From Lama glama (Eukaryota), in NCBI GenBank assembly GCA_028534125.1, contig CM052816.1, positions 10,356,001 through 10,420,000 of the forward strand: a stretch of DNA of 64,000 nt. Reading direction: 5' to 3'. How positions within the stretch are numbered: position 1 is the first letter of the stretch; each line of letters opens with the position of its first letter. This document shows positions 25,101-37,691 of this stretch, piece by piece. The notes beneath the pieces are model-generated. The model saw only the letters and a list, made by a program, of their open reading frames with translations. It ran no database searches and had not been told where the DNA came from. The translations under genes and the position numbers were made by a program.

Positions 25101-25639
25101 GTCCTCAAAAATCTGTGTCACTGCTAATCTCTCCTACTCATTTCTCCTTGAGTGGATTCCTTACTCCTGTTCAATTGGGTTTGGGGATTCTGATCTCTGT
25201 GAAGTTTTCTAGCTCTGAAGAGCCTCACCCCATCACCCACCTCTGTCCATTTGTCACAGTGTAATTCAAAGGAGTGGAAAAATAAATCTACATCCAAATC
25301 TTCCTTTCAAAATAAAAACAAAGGCTGTTGAGAAGAACAGGATGATGGGAGGAGAAGTCAGAGTCGAGCTCTAGTTTTAACCTCTCATGTCAGAGGAATA
25401 AACTGAAGCAGAGAAAGCAGTTCAGTGACTTGCTCAAGGTCACACAGTGGAGACACGAGTTCCCAGAAGCCCAGGGACTCGTCACTGTATCCCGCTGCCC
25501 CCTTCCAAAGGTATTCATTCAGTGTCTCAGGTGTGTGAGGTGTGGAGAGGTGAGAATCACTGTCAGCTCCTCCTGACATGGAAATCAGAAGCTCCTGGCC
25601 CAAGGTGCCAGGAAGTGTCCCAGGAAGAAGATGTTGACT
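22150..25639 (-). other. STK32A: STK32A 3' UTR (~3.5 kb; end approximate)
   Basis: Lies between the TGA at 25640 and the candidate ATTAAA at 22170. Confidence 0.6.
22170..22175 (-). terminator. Probable STK32A polyadenylation signal ATTAAA
   Basis: tttaat on +; the (CA)n at 22108-22123 reads as a downstream GU-rich element on -. Confidence 0.6.
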
Positions 25640-25733
25640 TCACAGGTTGTTATTCCGGCCGTCCTCTTCCTGGGGGTCTTTGGTTTGTTCCAAGGCTACA
25701 TTTGCTTGTCTTGTATTAAAATCCCTTTTTACT
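25640..25733 (-). CDS. STK32A: STK32A last coding exon (VKRDFNTRQANVALEQTKDPQEEDGRNNNL*)
   Basis: ttttaag| acceptor, 94 nt, TGA at 25642-25640; resembles the STK32A C-terminus. Confidence 0.9.
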
Positions 25734-26103
25734 CTTAAAAGGAAAAAAAAATAAGGCGGGTTTATTCACTGAAGTGAAAAAGATACAAGCTTTTGAAATG
25801 ACAGCATTAAGCCCAGCAATTTATAAAGAGGCATGAGCCAGGGTAACCTTAAAAAACACTGACTTTAAATATTTGTAATTCCCCATTCTTCCGCCCTTCC
25901 CATCAACAGAAACCTGAAGCCAAGCTATTTTATCTGTTACAATTGTTGAAATCTCTTACAAGAAAAGGTTTCTGAATTTTCCAGATTTTCTGCATCATTT
26001 TTGTGATGAGAAAGAATAAAAAATATATTAAAGCTTTGCAAGTACAATCTGGCTGAAACACTCCATCATCGGCTGAGCAGCTCTTCTTCTGTGAGTTACT
26101 TAC

Positions 26104-26168
26104 TTTTCTCTGTTGAAAATGATGAACTCCTTCTGGACAGACTCGAGGTGCTTTTGAAGAACGCACGT
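26104..26168 (-). CDS. STK32A: STK32A exon (TCVLQKHLESVQKEFIIFNREK) with AGC hydrophobic-motif-like FxxF
   Basis: ttggaag| ... AA|gtaagt, 65 nt, phase 0-2. Confidence 0.92.
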
Positions 26169-26468
26169 CTTCCAAGTGAACATTGGAAAGAAAGAAAGCG
26201 GTATAGTTAGCAGGCCATAAAGATCGTCAAACAGCCAATAACCTATTGAATGTCTGTTAACTGAGTGGCCCAAATCGATGAAGACTAGTGTATCTTCAGT
26301 GTGGATTGTATCTGAAAGTTTACTGCAGGAGTGAGACCCCAACCAGATTAACAGAGGGGCAAATAATAGGAAAGAAGCAGAGGAGAAGATACGTCAGCTC
26401 TCTGCTCCCCACAATGAGGCAGCAAGGAAAGACCTGGGTCAGGGCTTCTCAGCTTAACGTTTTTTAGC

Positions 26469-27534
26469 TGTTGAGCCCGAGAAGAAACCACAGCTTCAAG
26501 GCAGGGGGGGACCAGGGTTTACGGAGTTGGCCACCTACTTGCTTCTCATCTCCGGGCCCTCATGTGAAAGGTTTGGGCGTTCTGAAACCAAGTCCCCTAA
26601 AACCGAGTTCCCCTGCCAAGTTTATGGTTACCCTCTCTATCCAAACTTTAGTCCCTTTTCTTGTCCTGCCCCTGTTCCCCTCAGGATTGAGGGGTATCAA
26701 AGAGAAAGAGGGACTGAAACTGAGCAGGACCCTGTGGGGCTTTCCCAGGTCCAAAAGTCCCTCTGTGTCCCCAGTTTCTTGTTTGTAGACGAAAACAAAA
26801 AGGCTTTAGTCTCCTAGGTCTTCCTCAAATTCCAAAGGGCAGGCTTAAGCTGTTAACAGTTAGGGTGACAGAGTCACAGGACTCCTAGGTCCTCCTGCAA
26901 GGATACAGGTAACAATCTGATGCATATCTTTGAGTTGTTCTGCAGAAACTAAGACCCACCCCCCAACCAGTGGAGGATGGTGACTGTGTGCTGANNNNNN
27001 NNNNNNNNNNNNNNNNNNNNNNNNNNNNNNNNNNNNNNNNNNNNNNNNNNNNNNNNNNNNNNNNNNNNNNNNNNNNNNNNNNNNNNNNNNNNNNNNNNNN
27101 NNNNNNNNNNNNNNNNNNNNNNNNNNNNNNNNNNNNNNNNNNNNNNNNNNNNNNNNNNNNNNNNNNNNNNNNNNNNNNNNNNNNNNNNNNNNNNNNNNNN
27201 NNNNNNNNNNNNNNNNNNNNNNNNNNNNNNNNNNNNNNNNNNNNNNNNNNNNNNNNNNNNNNNNNNNNNNNNNNNNNNNNNNNNNNNNNNNNNNNNNNNN
27301 NNNNNNNNNNNNNNNNNNNNNNNNNNNNNNNNNNNNNNNNNNNNNNNNNNNNNNNNNNNNNNNNNNNNNNNNNNNNNNNNNNNNNNNNNNNNNNNNNNNN
27401 NNNNNNNNNNNNNNNNNNNNNNNNNNNNNNNNNNNNNNNNNNNNNNNNNNNNNNNNNNNNNNNNNNNNNNNNNNNNNNNNNNNNNNNNNNNNNNTGTCTT
27501 CACACTGAATTCGGCTGGAACGTTCCCCTCAACA
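26469..27534. mobile_element. ERV LTR-like element spanning an assembly gap
   Basis: Termini TGTTGAG...CTCAACA (7-bp inverted); sequence from 26715 resembles artiodactyl ERV1 LTRs (from memory). Confidence 0.55.
26995..27494. other. Assembly gap (500 N)
   Basis: Run of N. Confidence 1.
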
Positions 27535-28129
27535 GCTGCACTGGGGTCGATTAACTACACTTCAGTTGTGGGGAGCAGCCTTCTTCATCTGTGACTTTCT
27601 CACTGATTTGCAGAGCATTAGCTTGGACACTTCGCTGCCTGGCTGTCAGTATCTTTTGATGACTTTTCTGTCATAATGAGAAAGTTTAACCTCAAAGAAA
27701 AAGGGTAACAATCATCAGGCCCAGGACAATGTCAGCCCAGACCAAGTGTTTGAAAAGTCTGCAACAGAAAACACCCAAATCACTTCTGATGAATGCCACT
27801 CTTCTCTGGGGGGAAAAATCATTCATTCATTTGGATTTTAAATCCAGGAATTTGAAAATCCTAAGTCCTCAAGTACTGGAGAGTTTTTTTTTTTCCTTTT
27901 CTGAACAAATATTTAAGGGACAGGAGAATAAAAAAAAGAGAAGGAATTTCAGAGAGGAGGGGAGGGGAGCAAAACAAAAGAGAGAAGGAAGACTCTACAC
28001 CTCGCTCTTACCCCCAGCTGGGGTACTCGGAACCCTGAGCGTTTCCAGGATCAGCCACTGGGACATGAAGCTACGGGGTAAACACGATCTGATAGCTTCT
28101 TGGAGTAGCAACTTTACACCAAGATTTTA

Positions 28130-28465
28130 GAAAAAATATTATTTTCTTCTTTTGTTTCTATTTTTTTGTATCTAGAAAAAAATATTTTTAACATTAAAAT
28201 ATTATACAAAAAACAAAATATACAATGTTTTAACATATATAATATTTTGTGTTTACATATTTTATATATTTATATATATTTATATATTTTATATACATGT
28301 ATTTCTATACACATTGTATTTCTATACATTTTAGAAATACATAAAATATATGTATATAATATAAACATATATAAGTATATACATATATAAACATAAAATG
28401 TTATATAAACTATAACACGAAAAATATTTAAAATATTAATATTTAAAATATTTTAACATTAAAAA
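28130..28465. repeat. AT-rich low-complexity tract
   Basis: Degenerate (TA)n and A/T runs. Confidence 0.8.
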
Positions 28466-30279
28466 TCACGATGATAGTCAAATAAAATGCAGATATCCAC
28501 ATGTGTTTTTTCCTGTATCACAGAACTCTGTTTTATTTAAACAAAGACGTGAAAGGCACACTCAGAGATGAGGCTGTGACACGGAACTGCAGACCCCATG
28601 AGCCCCGCCCCGGGCCCCAAAGGGCTCACAGGCAACATGTTCTGTTTCCTCTCCTTTGGGAGGAAAAATGTAAGAAGCACAGCTCCACGGACTAGTCAAC
28701 AGGAGTAGCCAGAAACAGAGTGTGAGGGCAGGAGCGGGGAGCAAACAGGATGGGGGGACTAGTGGGTTGTCCGTGACCGAGAAGGGAAATGTTGGATAAA
28801 AATCTTAGAATGTGCGTCTCAGGGATGAGAGAGAAAATAGTGATCAGACTGGTATCAGTGGAGATGGATTCAGAAATGTCTGACGGGTTTAGAGCAGGTG
28901 GAGATCTCGGGAGGCAGAAACAGAGGACTTAGAGCATTTGCTCCCACAGCAGGCAGACTGGGTGGTGTGCCAGTCTTTTTGGTTCTTTAAAGGGGTTGAC
29001 AAGCTGAGAGGGATTAAAGTGGAGAATATTCTGGAAGCAAAAAAACAACAGAGACGTCTACGGTGAGCATGAACAAAAGAAGAATGAAGTTAGAGGTCAG
29101 GGGGGAGGTGGAAACGTTAGCTATCTTGATTGTGGTGGTGGCTCCGTGGGTGTGTACATCTATCAAAATACATCCCATTGCACATCTGAAATATGTGTAG
29201 TTTGCCGTACAGGAATCATGCCATTAAAAAAAAAAGGAGGAAGTAGGTTGGAAAAGTAAAACATAAAGCAGCTAAGTTTTGGCAGACATGTTACACGTTC
29301 TAATTGACTCAGATCAGTCTATGAAGTTAGTACCAATACTAACTCCGTTTTGTAACTGAGGAAACCAAGACACAGGGGGAAAGAACCTTAGCTTTTACTC
29401 GATTTAATCACATGCTGGATTCTACAGCTTTGGGTGGTAACCTGAGCGGCACACCTGAAGAATGCTTAAAAATCCTGCTGCCCAGGCCACACCCCCAGAC
29501 TCAAATGAATGAATAAACATGATAATAATATAATCACTTGCTAAGACTGACCCTCACATTTTAAAATCCTTGAGTAGAGAGAAAGTGCTATTTTGAGATT
29601 CACCATCTTTCTGATGCTTCTTTGGGAGAAGACTAACTCTTTGTTTTGAAGCAAAATCCTTTTTATTTTTAAACTGAGGCTCTAAGATTAGGAGAAATTG
29701 GAGTAAAACGGTGGAATAGGCAGCTCTGGGCTCCCACCCCTCAAATGAAACAGACAAATTCAAGCAGAAACTGTCACAGCCAACATCGTCAGAACTCTGG
29801 AAAGCAATCAAAGGTTTATAGCAACCAAACAAACACTGAATCAAGAAAGAAACAACTTAAAAATGGTTATGCATATTTTACCATGATAAAAAAAGTTACA
29901 AACAAGATGAAACAAGCAAAAAGATTAAGAAGATGTAAACTCTGATTAAGGATGTAAAGACCTCTATATCATGGGCAGAGCTGCTGCTTGGCGAGTGATT
30001 CTGAAGTTGATATGAGACCTGGGAGGAAGAGGAAACTGCTTTTTTTCTTCTGCTTAGTATTAGAAAATGCTGGGGGTTCTGTACTGTGGGTCAGTGGCTC
30101 ATGGCCTTTTCCAGCAGGGGAGGGAGTTTGCCCCACAACCGGGTGGCTGGGTGCAGGTTAGAACTAGGACGGTGGAGGACCAAAGGGAGACGTCCCATGG
30201 GTGGAACTTGATTTTGTAATTCTAAGAACAGCAATGACCAGTCGACCAGTTGACACTGTTTAGTTTTAAACTTTTCTTC

Positions 30280-30750
30280 TTTCAATGAATTGATCGAAGA
30301 CTTGTTGAGCCTCTACTGTATTAGAGGCACTCTTGGGGTACCATGAAGGCAATGTGGGTAAGACGGATCTGGTCTTCACCCACAAGAAGCGTTCACTTCA
30401 GTGGGCCAGAAAAATAAACGTAAACAAACATATAAATAAAACATTTAAAAACCATGTTAATGTTGCAAAGGAATAAAAAATAAGGGCTGAGAAGGAGAAA
30501 GATGGTGAGGGGACCTCATCTTCGCTACATTTAAGGGTGGCATTTAAGGAAGGGAGGAAACCCCTAAGTGAAAATCCAAGAGGAGAACCTTCCAGGAAAA
30601 GAGAACAAGTGCCCTGAAGAAGGACAAGACTTGCAGTGCTTGAGGGTCGGACACCTGCAGGGCCAGTGTGGCTGGAGAGATCTGAGTGAGTCAAGAATGG
30701 TCGAGTACAAGGATGGTGCCGGGAGAGGCAGACAGACCACATGGAACACG
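30280..30750 (-). repeat. L2-like remnant; others near 34620, 35200, 38630, 50000, 60960 and 63850
   Basis: cttgttgagcctctactgtattagaggcactcttgggg...aacaagtgccctgaag. Confidence 0.5.
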
Positions 30751-31950
30751 GTAGGCATGGCAAAAAGTTACAAATTGCTATCATCTCTAACACTTCAGAA
30801 AACTTACAACACAGACGATGTCTGTCTCTCCATGTGGGGGCCTGTTAGCAGAGGAGTGGGCACAGGCAAGCTCTCCGGGGGCATGGGCCTGGAGAAGCCA
30901 GTTGGTTATGATATGAAGAAGAACAGATCATTAGCAGGAAGAGAGTTGAAGCGAAAAACAACAGGCAAGAGGGGTCTGTGGCTCAGCTAAGCATTCCTCG
31001 GAGGGCCCTAGGAAACACTTATGGGTGGGAATCTGTCAAGAGGCCAGTTCTGTGGACAAGCAGGATGTGGACATTGGTTACTCGACCATTAAAGGGCACA
31101 GTGGCCCCTGAGGACTAGGGAAACCGGGGACAGTGAAGATACGCATTTGTTTGCACAGCTATTTTCATCACAAGAGTATGCGTTCTTCCAGAACAGAGAT
31201 GTCACTGAATGCAGGAATTACATCGCAAATTTATCTATTTTCAGCGTTGAGCACACAATGTGGCAGATAACAGGGATTCAATCAAAGTAGCCTAAATAAA
31301 TGTATGGAGGGAGGGAGGGATAGATGACCGTTCGTTGAGTGGGTACGGAGGTGGGTGGGTGGATGATGATGTGGATTAATGGATGACCATTAGCAGCCAA
31401 GTGGATATTTATTCCTTCACCATCATTATAATACATAGAACCACATGTGTAAAATCCTGCTGAGTCCCTGCGAGCTACTATACTAAAATCTGAGATCTTT
31501 AACTGATAGAGAATAATACTGTCAGTTACAAAATTAATTTGAATCAGCCTGAGATCCAGCAGTAGTGCTCAACCACATGGAATTCTGTGTTTTCTGTGAA
31601 TAGATAGCACAAGATTTTGCTTCTGGCAAAGACCAGACACTCCCTCTAGGGCTGGCTGCTCCCCGTGACTCCTTGATGGGCGGGGGCCCAAAACACCCCT
31701 GCCTTGTACTCTGGGACCCGCCCACTGCCCGCCCTTCTAGGGGTGGTCACCTGGCCCAGGCTTGGCCAATTAGAATCTCTCCTAGGAGACGGCAAATTTT
31801 AAAGGGAGAGGACAACAAGTGAATCAAGTTAATGGCAGAGATCTGGGGGGGGAAGGTTCAGGCTTGCAATGTTGCTGGAGGCCCACAGAGCTGCCCTTTC
31901 AGAAGCGGGGGTGTCCAACCCCTCCTCAGATTCCCAAAGCAGCAAAATCA

Positions 31951-32337
<387 letters not shown>

Positions 32338-32449
32338 TCATGTTCTTTGATTTTGTAATCTGTTTATTTTTCTGAACTCTCAAGGAGCCCTTCGTGAGTT
32401 AGAAAGAAGATCAAGTTATAATTACTTTTCTAAAGTTTGAACTTTGGGG

Positions 32450-32625
32450 CCATGTTTCTCCAAGTGGGTTCAACGGTGGATCAGAATCTCCCGAGTTGTT
32501 TGCCCAAATTCCCAGTTCCCCAACCAGACCTCCAGAATCAGTGCTTCCGAACACCAGGGCCAGGAGACTGCATGTTTAATATGCTCCCCAGATAATTCAG
32601 ATTCACAAGTAAGTCAGAATCACAC
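32450..32625. mobile_element. MER5-like hAT MITE
   Basis: tttctccaagtg...atcagaatctccc...gcatgtttaatatgctccccagataattc. Confidence 0.65.
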
Positions 32626-33495
32626 AGAAAAGGCCTCTTGAGGCTGCACTGATGGATGGCTCATTGCAGAGTGGCCAGGTAAGTCCCCCCACCGCTGTGC
32701 CACATGCTCACCCCTAATTCCTCCCCACTGCCTTCTCTCCACCTGTCACAGCATCTCCCTCTGCTCTTGGCACATGAAGGATCACACCCACAGCAGACTC
32801 CTGGCTTGGGCTTAAGAACAGAAAACTGAATTGTCTAAGAGCTCATCATTCTGCCAGTCTTCCTACAACTGGACGCGTGGAATCAGGCTGTAGGGAGAGA
32901 GGAGCTAGAGGTCTCACTGGGCCCCTTGGAGGGAACTTCTGGATCTGGTTTTACCAGCGGGCTGCGGGAAGCCACGGATGTTTCTTGGCCAAGTACCTCC
33001 AGTGGGAATTACTTCCCTTTGGCTATTAGTCATAGTGAATATAGTTCCTGGCATAGACCTACCAGAGGTAGAGGGATGAATGGTAGAAATAAATACCTCA
33101 CCCCAATCCCAACAGCATCCAGTCCTTGGATACTCCCAGGACTCCATGGATACCAATTTCTGCATCTTGGGAATCAGAGAAAACTTTTTTTGTAATTAAC
33201 AGATTTCTGGAAATGACTATTTGTAGAATTAGGGCTTCTTTCCAATGAAAGTAAGCCGCAAAAGGTGTACGGAGCCAGAACTCCCAACACAGCCCTACAC
33301 TAGAATCCCAGCTCGGCCACTTGATAGCTGGGTGACGTTTGGTGGCCAGTTTACCCTGTGTGTGCCTCAGTTTCCTCACCTGTAAAATGGGAATCCGGGC
33401 AGTCTTACAACACCTGCGTCCTTATCTAACGAGGCCACGTGTATATCTGCAAACAGAGTAATATGCATTGGATGCGAGCTACTATGGATTTCTTA

Positions 33496-33696
<201 letters not shown>

Positions 33697-35871
33697 TTAC
33701 AGACTCCCTACAGATATTTTCAAGTGTAGGATTGGAGGATATAAGGCAGCATTCTCCTTCCCTAGCTGCATAAACAAGTTACACAGATGACAAGTGGCCA
33801 GAATGAACTGTAAGTTGGGTTTTGCAACGTGGTGAATGAAAACAGCTTGTCCTACTGAGTCCAACCTGCCTTTGTTTCCTGATTCCTCTACTTACTAATC
33901 ATGGGCAGGTCTGTTCTCTATTTCACAAGGCTTGGCTAGGACTAAATGAGGCCATGTCCATAAAGTGATGAAGAGGTCTGTTGTTATTAGGTGGAAAATG
34001 TACATTCGTTTTTACAAATGAAATTCATTTCACACTAAAAATTGTAGCTGTTTTTACAGCTAATCAAAATATACTGGGGTTGACACGGATAAGATGTAAC
34101 TAAGGTTATTGCTCTATTTCTGGGTTTTAGGAACTAGGATTAATTTTTTTTCCCCCTTAACCACCCCACAGCCCAGACCAATAGGATATATCACTCAAGT
34201 GGGAAATACTAGTTCCATTTGAGAATGGGCATAGGGGTGACAACTGTGGGTCATCAGGGTATATACTCTTGGGGGAAGAGGGTTGTGTTGGAACTAAGGA
34301 AAATTTGCTTATGGAAAATGACCCCCTATTCTTTATCCTTGATATCACCAATGGCAATACCTCTATTCCAAAACAGGACACTTGACCCACAGACAAGGGA
34401 CACAGGCTTTGAATCCTTAGCCCCCAAAGCGTTTTTCTTTGACCGACAACAACCTGTGCAGATTTTCTCTCTTCAGAAAAAAGCCACGCCCATCTTCTTG
34501 GGCTCCTTATTCTTTCTTTCACATAATCATTCAATACACATGACTGAGCTCTTGCTACCATTGTCCTTAATCATTCTGTTGAAACTTGAAAATTTGTTGG
34601 AAATGCTGGACCTCGTTAATTCAAATATCAAATGCTACCACCTGTCAGGCTCTGGGCTGGATGCTGAGGATACCTTGGTGAACAAGTCAGACGTGGGCCC
34701 TCCCCTGCGCAGCTTAGAGAACAACGGTCATTAGGCCAAGAACCACACACGTGGAATATAGAAGTTCAAACTGAAAAATACGATGAAGATTGCGCTACAT
34801 GGGCTAACGAGAGAGGGAGGCTCCCCGGGGATGTGATATTTGAGCTGAGATCTAAAACTGTGTTTCTCAAACTATGCAGAAGGGCTAGTTATTTCTCTTT
34901 GTTTTGATTTCCAACCCACTGAAACTAATACATGGTCTTACTGTGCATAGCTAGTCTGGAACTCCACGCTGTGTGCAACTTGTTTTTGGGGTTTGACATC
35001 AACCTATATAGGCTTGTACCCTGTTCAAGGAGATGTGCTTTGAGGTCTCAGCAGCATCAAATTCTATAGAAGTTTTCTATGCTTCTCTCAATTCCTCTTC
35101 TGGCCATGGAGCTCTGGGAAGTAGTTTGTGGACCTGAACCAGTCAGTAAATCACACTGAATAGTACTGATCTAAGGGAGGGAGTTGGAAGAGCTGGAAGA
35201 GCTGGGGAATGGGAGCACTGTTTGAGGCAGAGAAACCAGCATGTGCAAAGGCCCTGTGGTGAGAGACTGATGAATGAAGGTGGGGTTGGGGAGGGGGAAG
35301 AGAAGAGGAAAAATAGGGCAAAGCAGTTTATTTATAGTCAAAGGGGGGACAAAAGTCCAAAATAAGACTTGACAGGTAGTTAGAACTTTTATACTATATA
35401 AATTATTTTGATCTGTATTCTAAGAACAACACAAAGACAATGAACTTTGCTTTGAACAGATCCCTGTGTTTATGGAGTGTGTAAAAGTGTGCAGGGGCAA
35501 ACCAGTTATAAGGCAAGACTTGAATGCAGGAGGACTGGGACAGCAGCAGTGGAGATGGAGAGAAGTGACAATGTCAAAAGATATTTAAAAGGTCAGCTAT
35601 GAACGTGGTGGTGAGGAATGGTTTCTGGCTCTGGCTTGTGTAAGTGAGTGGATGGAGAGGTCAGTCACCGAGAGAGGGAACACTGGAGAAAGTCCAGGAA
35701 ATACAGAGAGTTCAAGAATTCCATTTTGGGCACGTGGAGTTTGAGATGTCTTTGGGACTTACAAAAGGACACAGGCGTTGCTTTAATGAAGTCATGCGTT
35801 TGAAAGCTGTTAGCGGCACAGCCCACTCTGGACACGTATATTATCATGACGGCTTCCAATATTGCACCTTA

Positions 35872-36159
<288 letters not shown>

Positions 36160-36874
36160 TCAACCAGTAAAATCTCAATATCATTTTCATTTTTTTCTCA
36201 AAGAACTATTCAATTTATTTAAACAAAAACAGTTCAGCCATTCGTCCCACCTCCCATCCCACCCCTCACCACGTTTCTGGCAACCACCAATCTGTTCTTG
36301 TTATCTATGAGCTTGTATTGATGGATTGTCAATATTGTCAAATTCCTTTCAGTTGATTGTGGTATTTGTGTTGCCATATGCGAATGCGGTCCACTGTTTC
36401 CAGACTTCCTACTTTATAAAAAGGGTACCAGAGATCTATAGTTTCTTGTGAAATCTCAGAATTTTAAAAGTTGGTAATTCCTCTGGGTCAAAGGAAGCAT
36501 TCCTGTGGGCTAAATCCACCCTGAGATGCCAATTTGGAACTTTTTTGTAAGGTAACTTATATAAGTATTCATATAAAATATTGGATTAATGCTCAGTAAA
36601 TGGAACTTTTTAAAAAGTGTTATTTAACTGTTGTTTATAAACAGATCCAGAGTTTTACCATATACACTTTTTTACTAAGTTCGGGATCGAAGGGTACCCA
36701 GAAAACTTTAAACTCAATCCAAAATGCTATAAATTCTCAGTTCTATGGAGTAGGGTGGAGAATTTTATGATGAGGCAAAAGTATTTTTATTTCTGAGAGA
36801 ACCAGGTTCTTCTTTTAATTTTGGAGAAAAAGCAAAAAACAAACTGGTGGCTTTGTTATAGTTTTCACAGACAT

Positions 36875-36889
36875 CCACTAGAGGGCAGC
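36875..36889 (+). promoter_or_regulatory. Candidate CTCF site CCACTAGAGGGCAGC
   Basis: Exact fit to the CCASYAGRKGGCRS core; motif only, binding not shown. Confidence 0.5.
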
Positions 36890-37289
36890 CTTTACCTATG
36901 TTAATTTGTATTTTCCTAAAGTACTCGCATTGGGATTGGCTCTCTGTATATGAACTGTGAACACAGTGCCACAGATTATTCCATACATTTTTGCCTGTGG
37001 GACCTAGCACCCAGTAAGCTCTCATTACGTGTTTGTTGAATGAACAAAATTTTAATATTAGATTAACCAACAATAAGACAGTTAACATGGATATGAGCAT
37101 TTATCAAGAGCCTGGTTCTTTCAAGATATTTAATAAATGATTGTGGACCCATGAACTAAATTGGAAGAAATGGAGGAGTTACATTTTTTCCCTTGTTGTA
37201 AATCAGTATTAAAAGGTGATATAATGTAATTAAGTGTTTGAGCTCTGGAGGCAAAAGACTGAGTGCTAACCTGGGCCACTCCATTTGGT

Positions 37290-37691
37290 TTTTTGTTTGT
37301 TATCATTTTATTTTCTTTTTTCATTGAAATATAGTCAGTTTACAATGTTGTGTCAGTTTTTGATGTACAGCATAATGTTTCAGTCATACATATATGTACA
37401 TATATTATTTTTCATTATAAGTTACTAACAAGATATTGAATATAGTTCCCTATGCTATACAGTAGAAATTTGGTGTTTATTTAATTTATATATAGTAGTT
37501 GGTATCTGAAAATCTCAAACTCTCAATTTATCTCTTCCCACTTCCTTTCCCCCTGGTAACCATAAGTTTACTATGTCTGTGGGTCTGTTTCTGTTTTGTA
37601 GATGAGTTCATGAGTGTCTTCTTTTTTTAGATTCCACATATAAGTGATATCATATGATATTTTTCTTTCTGGTATTTCTTCACTTAGAATG
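37290..37691 (-). mobile_element. 5'-truncated L1 3' end inserted in a MIR-like repeat
   Basis: Same 3' UTR text as 2746-3084 and 53040-53450; candidate TSD CTGGG(C/T)CACTC at 37271 and 37692. Confidence 0.8.

Noticed and set aside
25930..25956. Cryptic in-frame acceptor giving an alternative end KDFNNCNR*
   Set aside because: Only a plausible AG with a short pyrimidine tract; no independent support, and the resemblance to RDFN may be chance.
26949..27554. Long ORFs across the gap (also 63559-63871)
   Set aside because: Artefacts of N runs and the CA repeat.
28676..28696. REST/RE1-like CAGCTCCACGGACTAG
   Set aside because: Mismatches at key positions in both half-sites.
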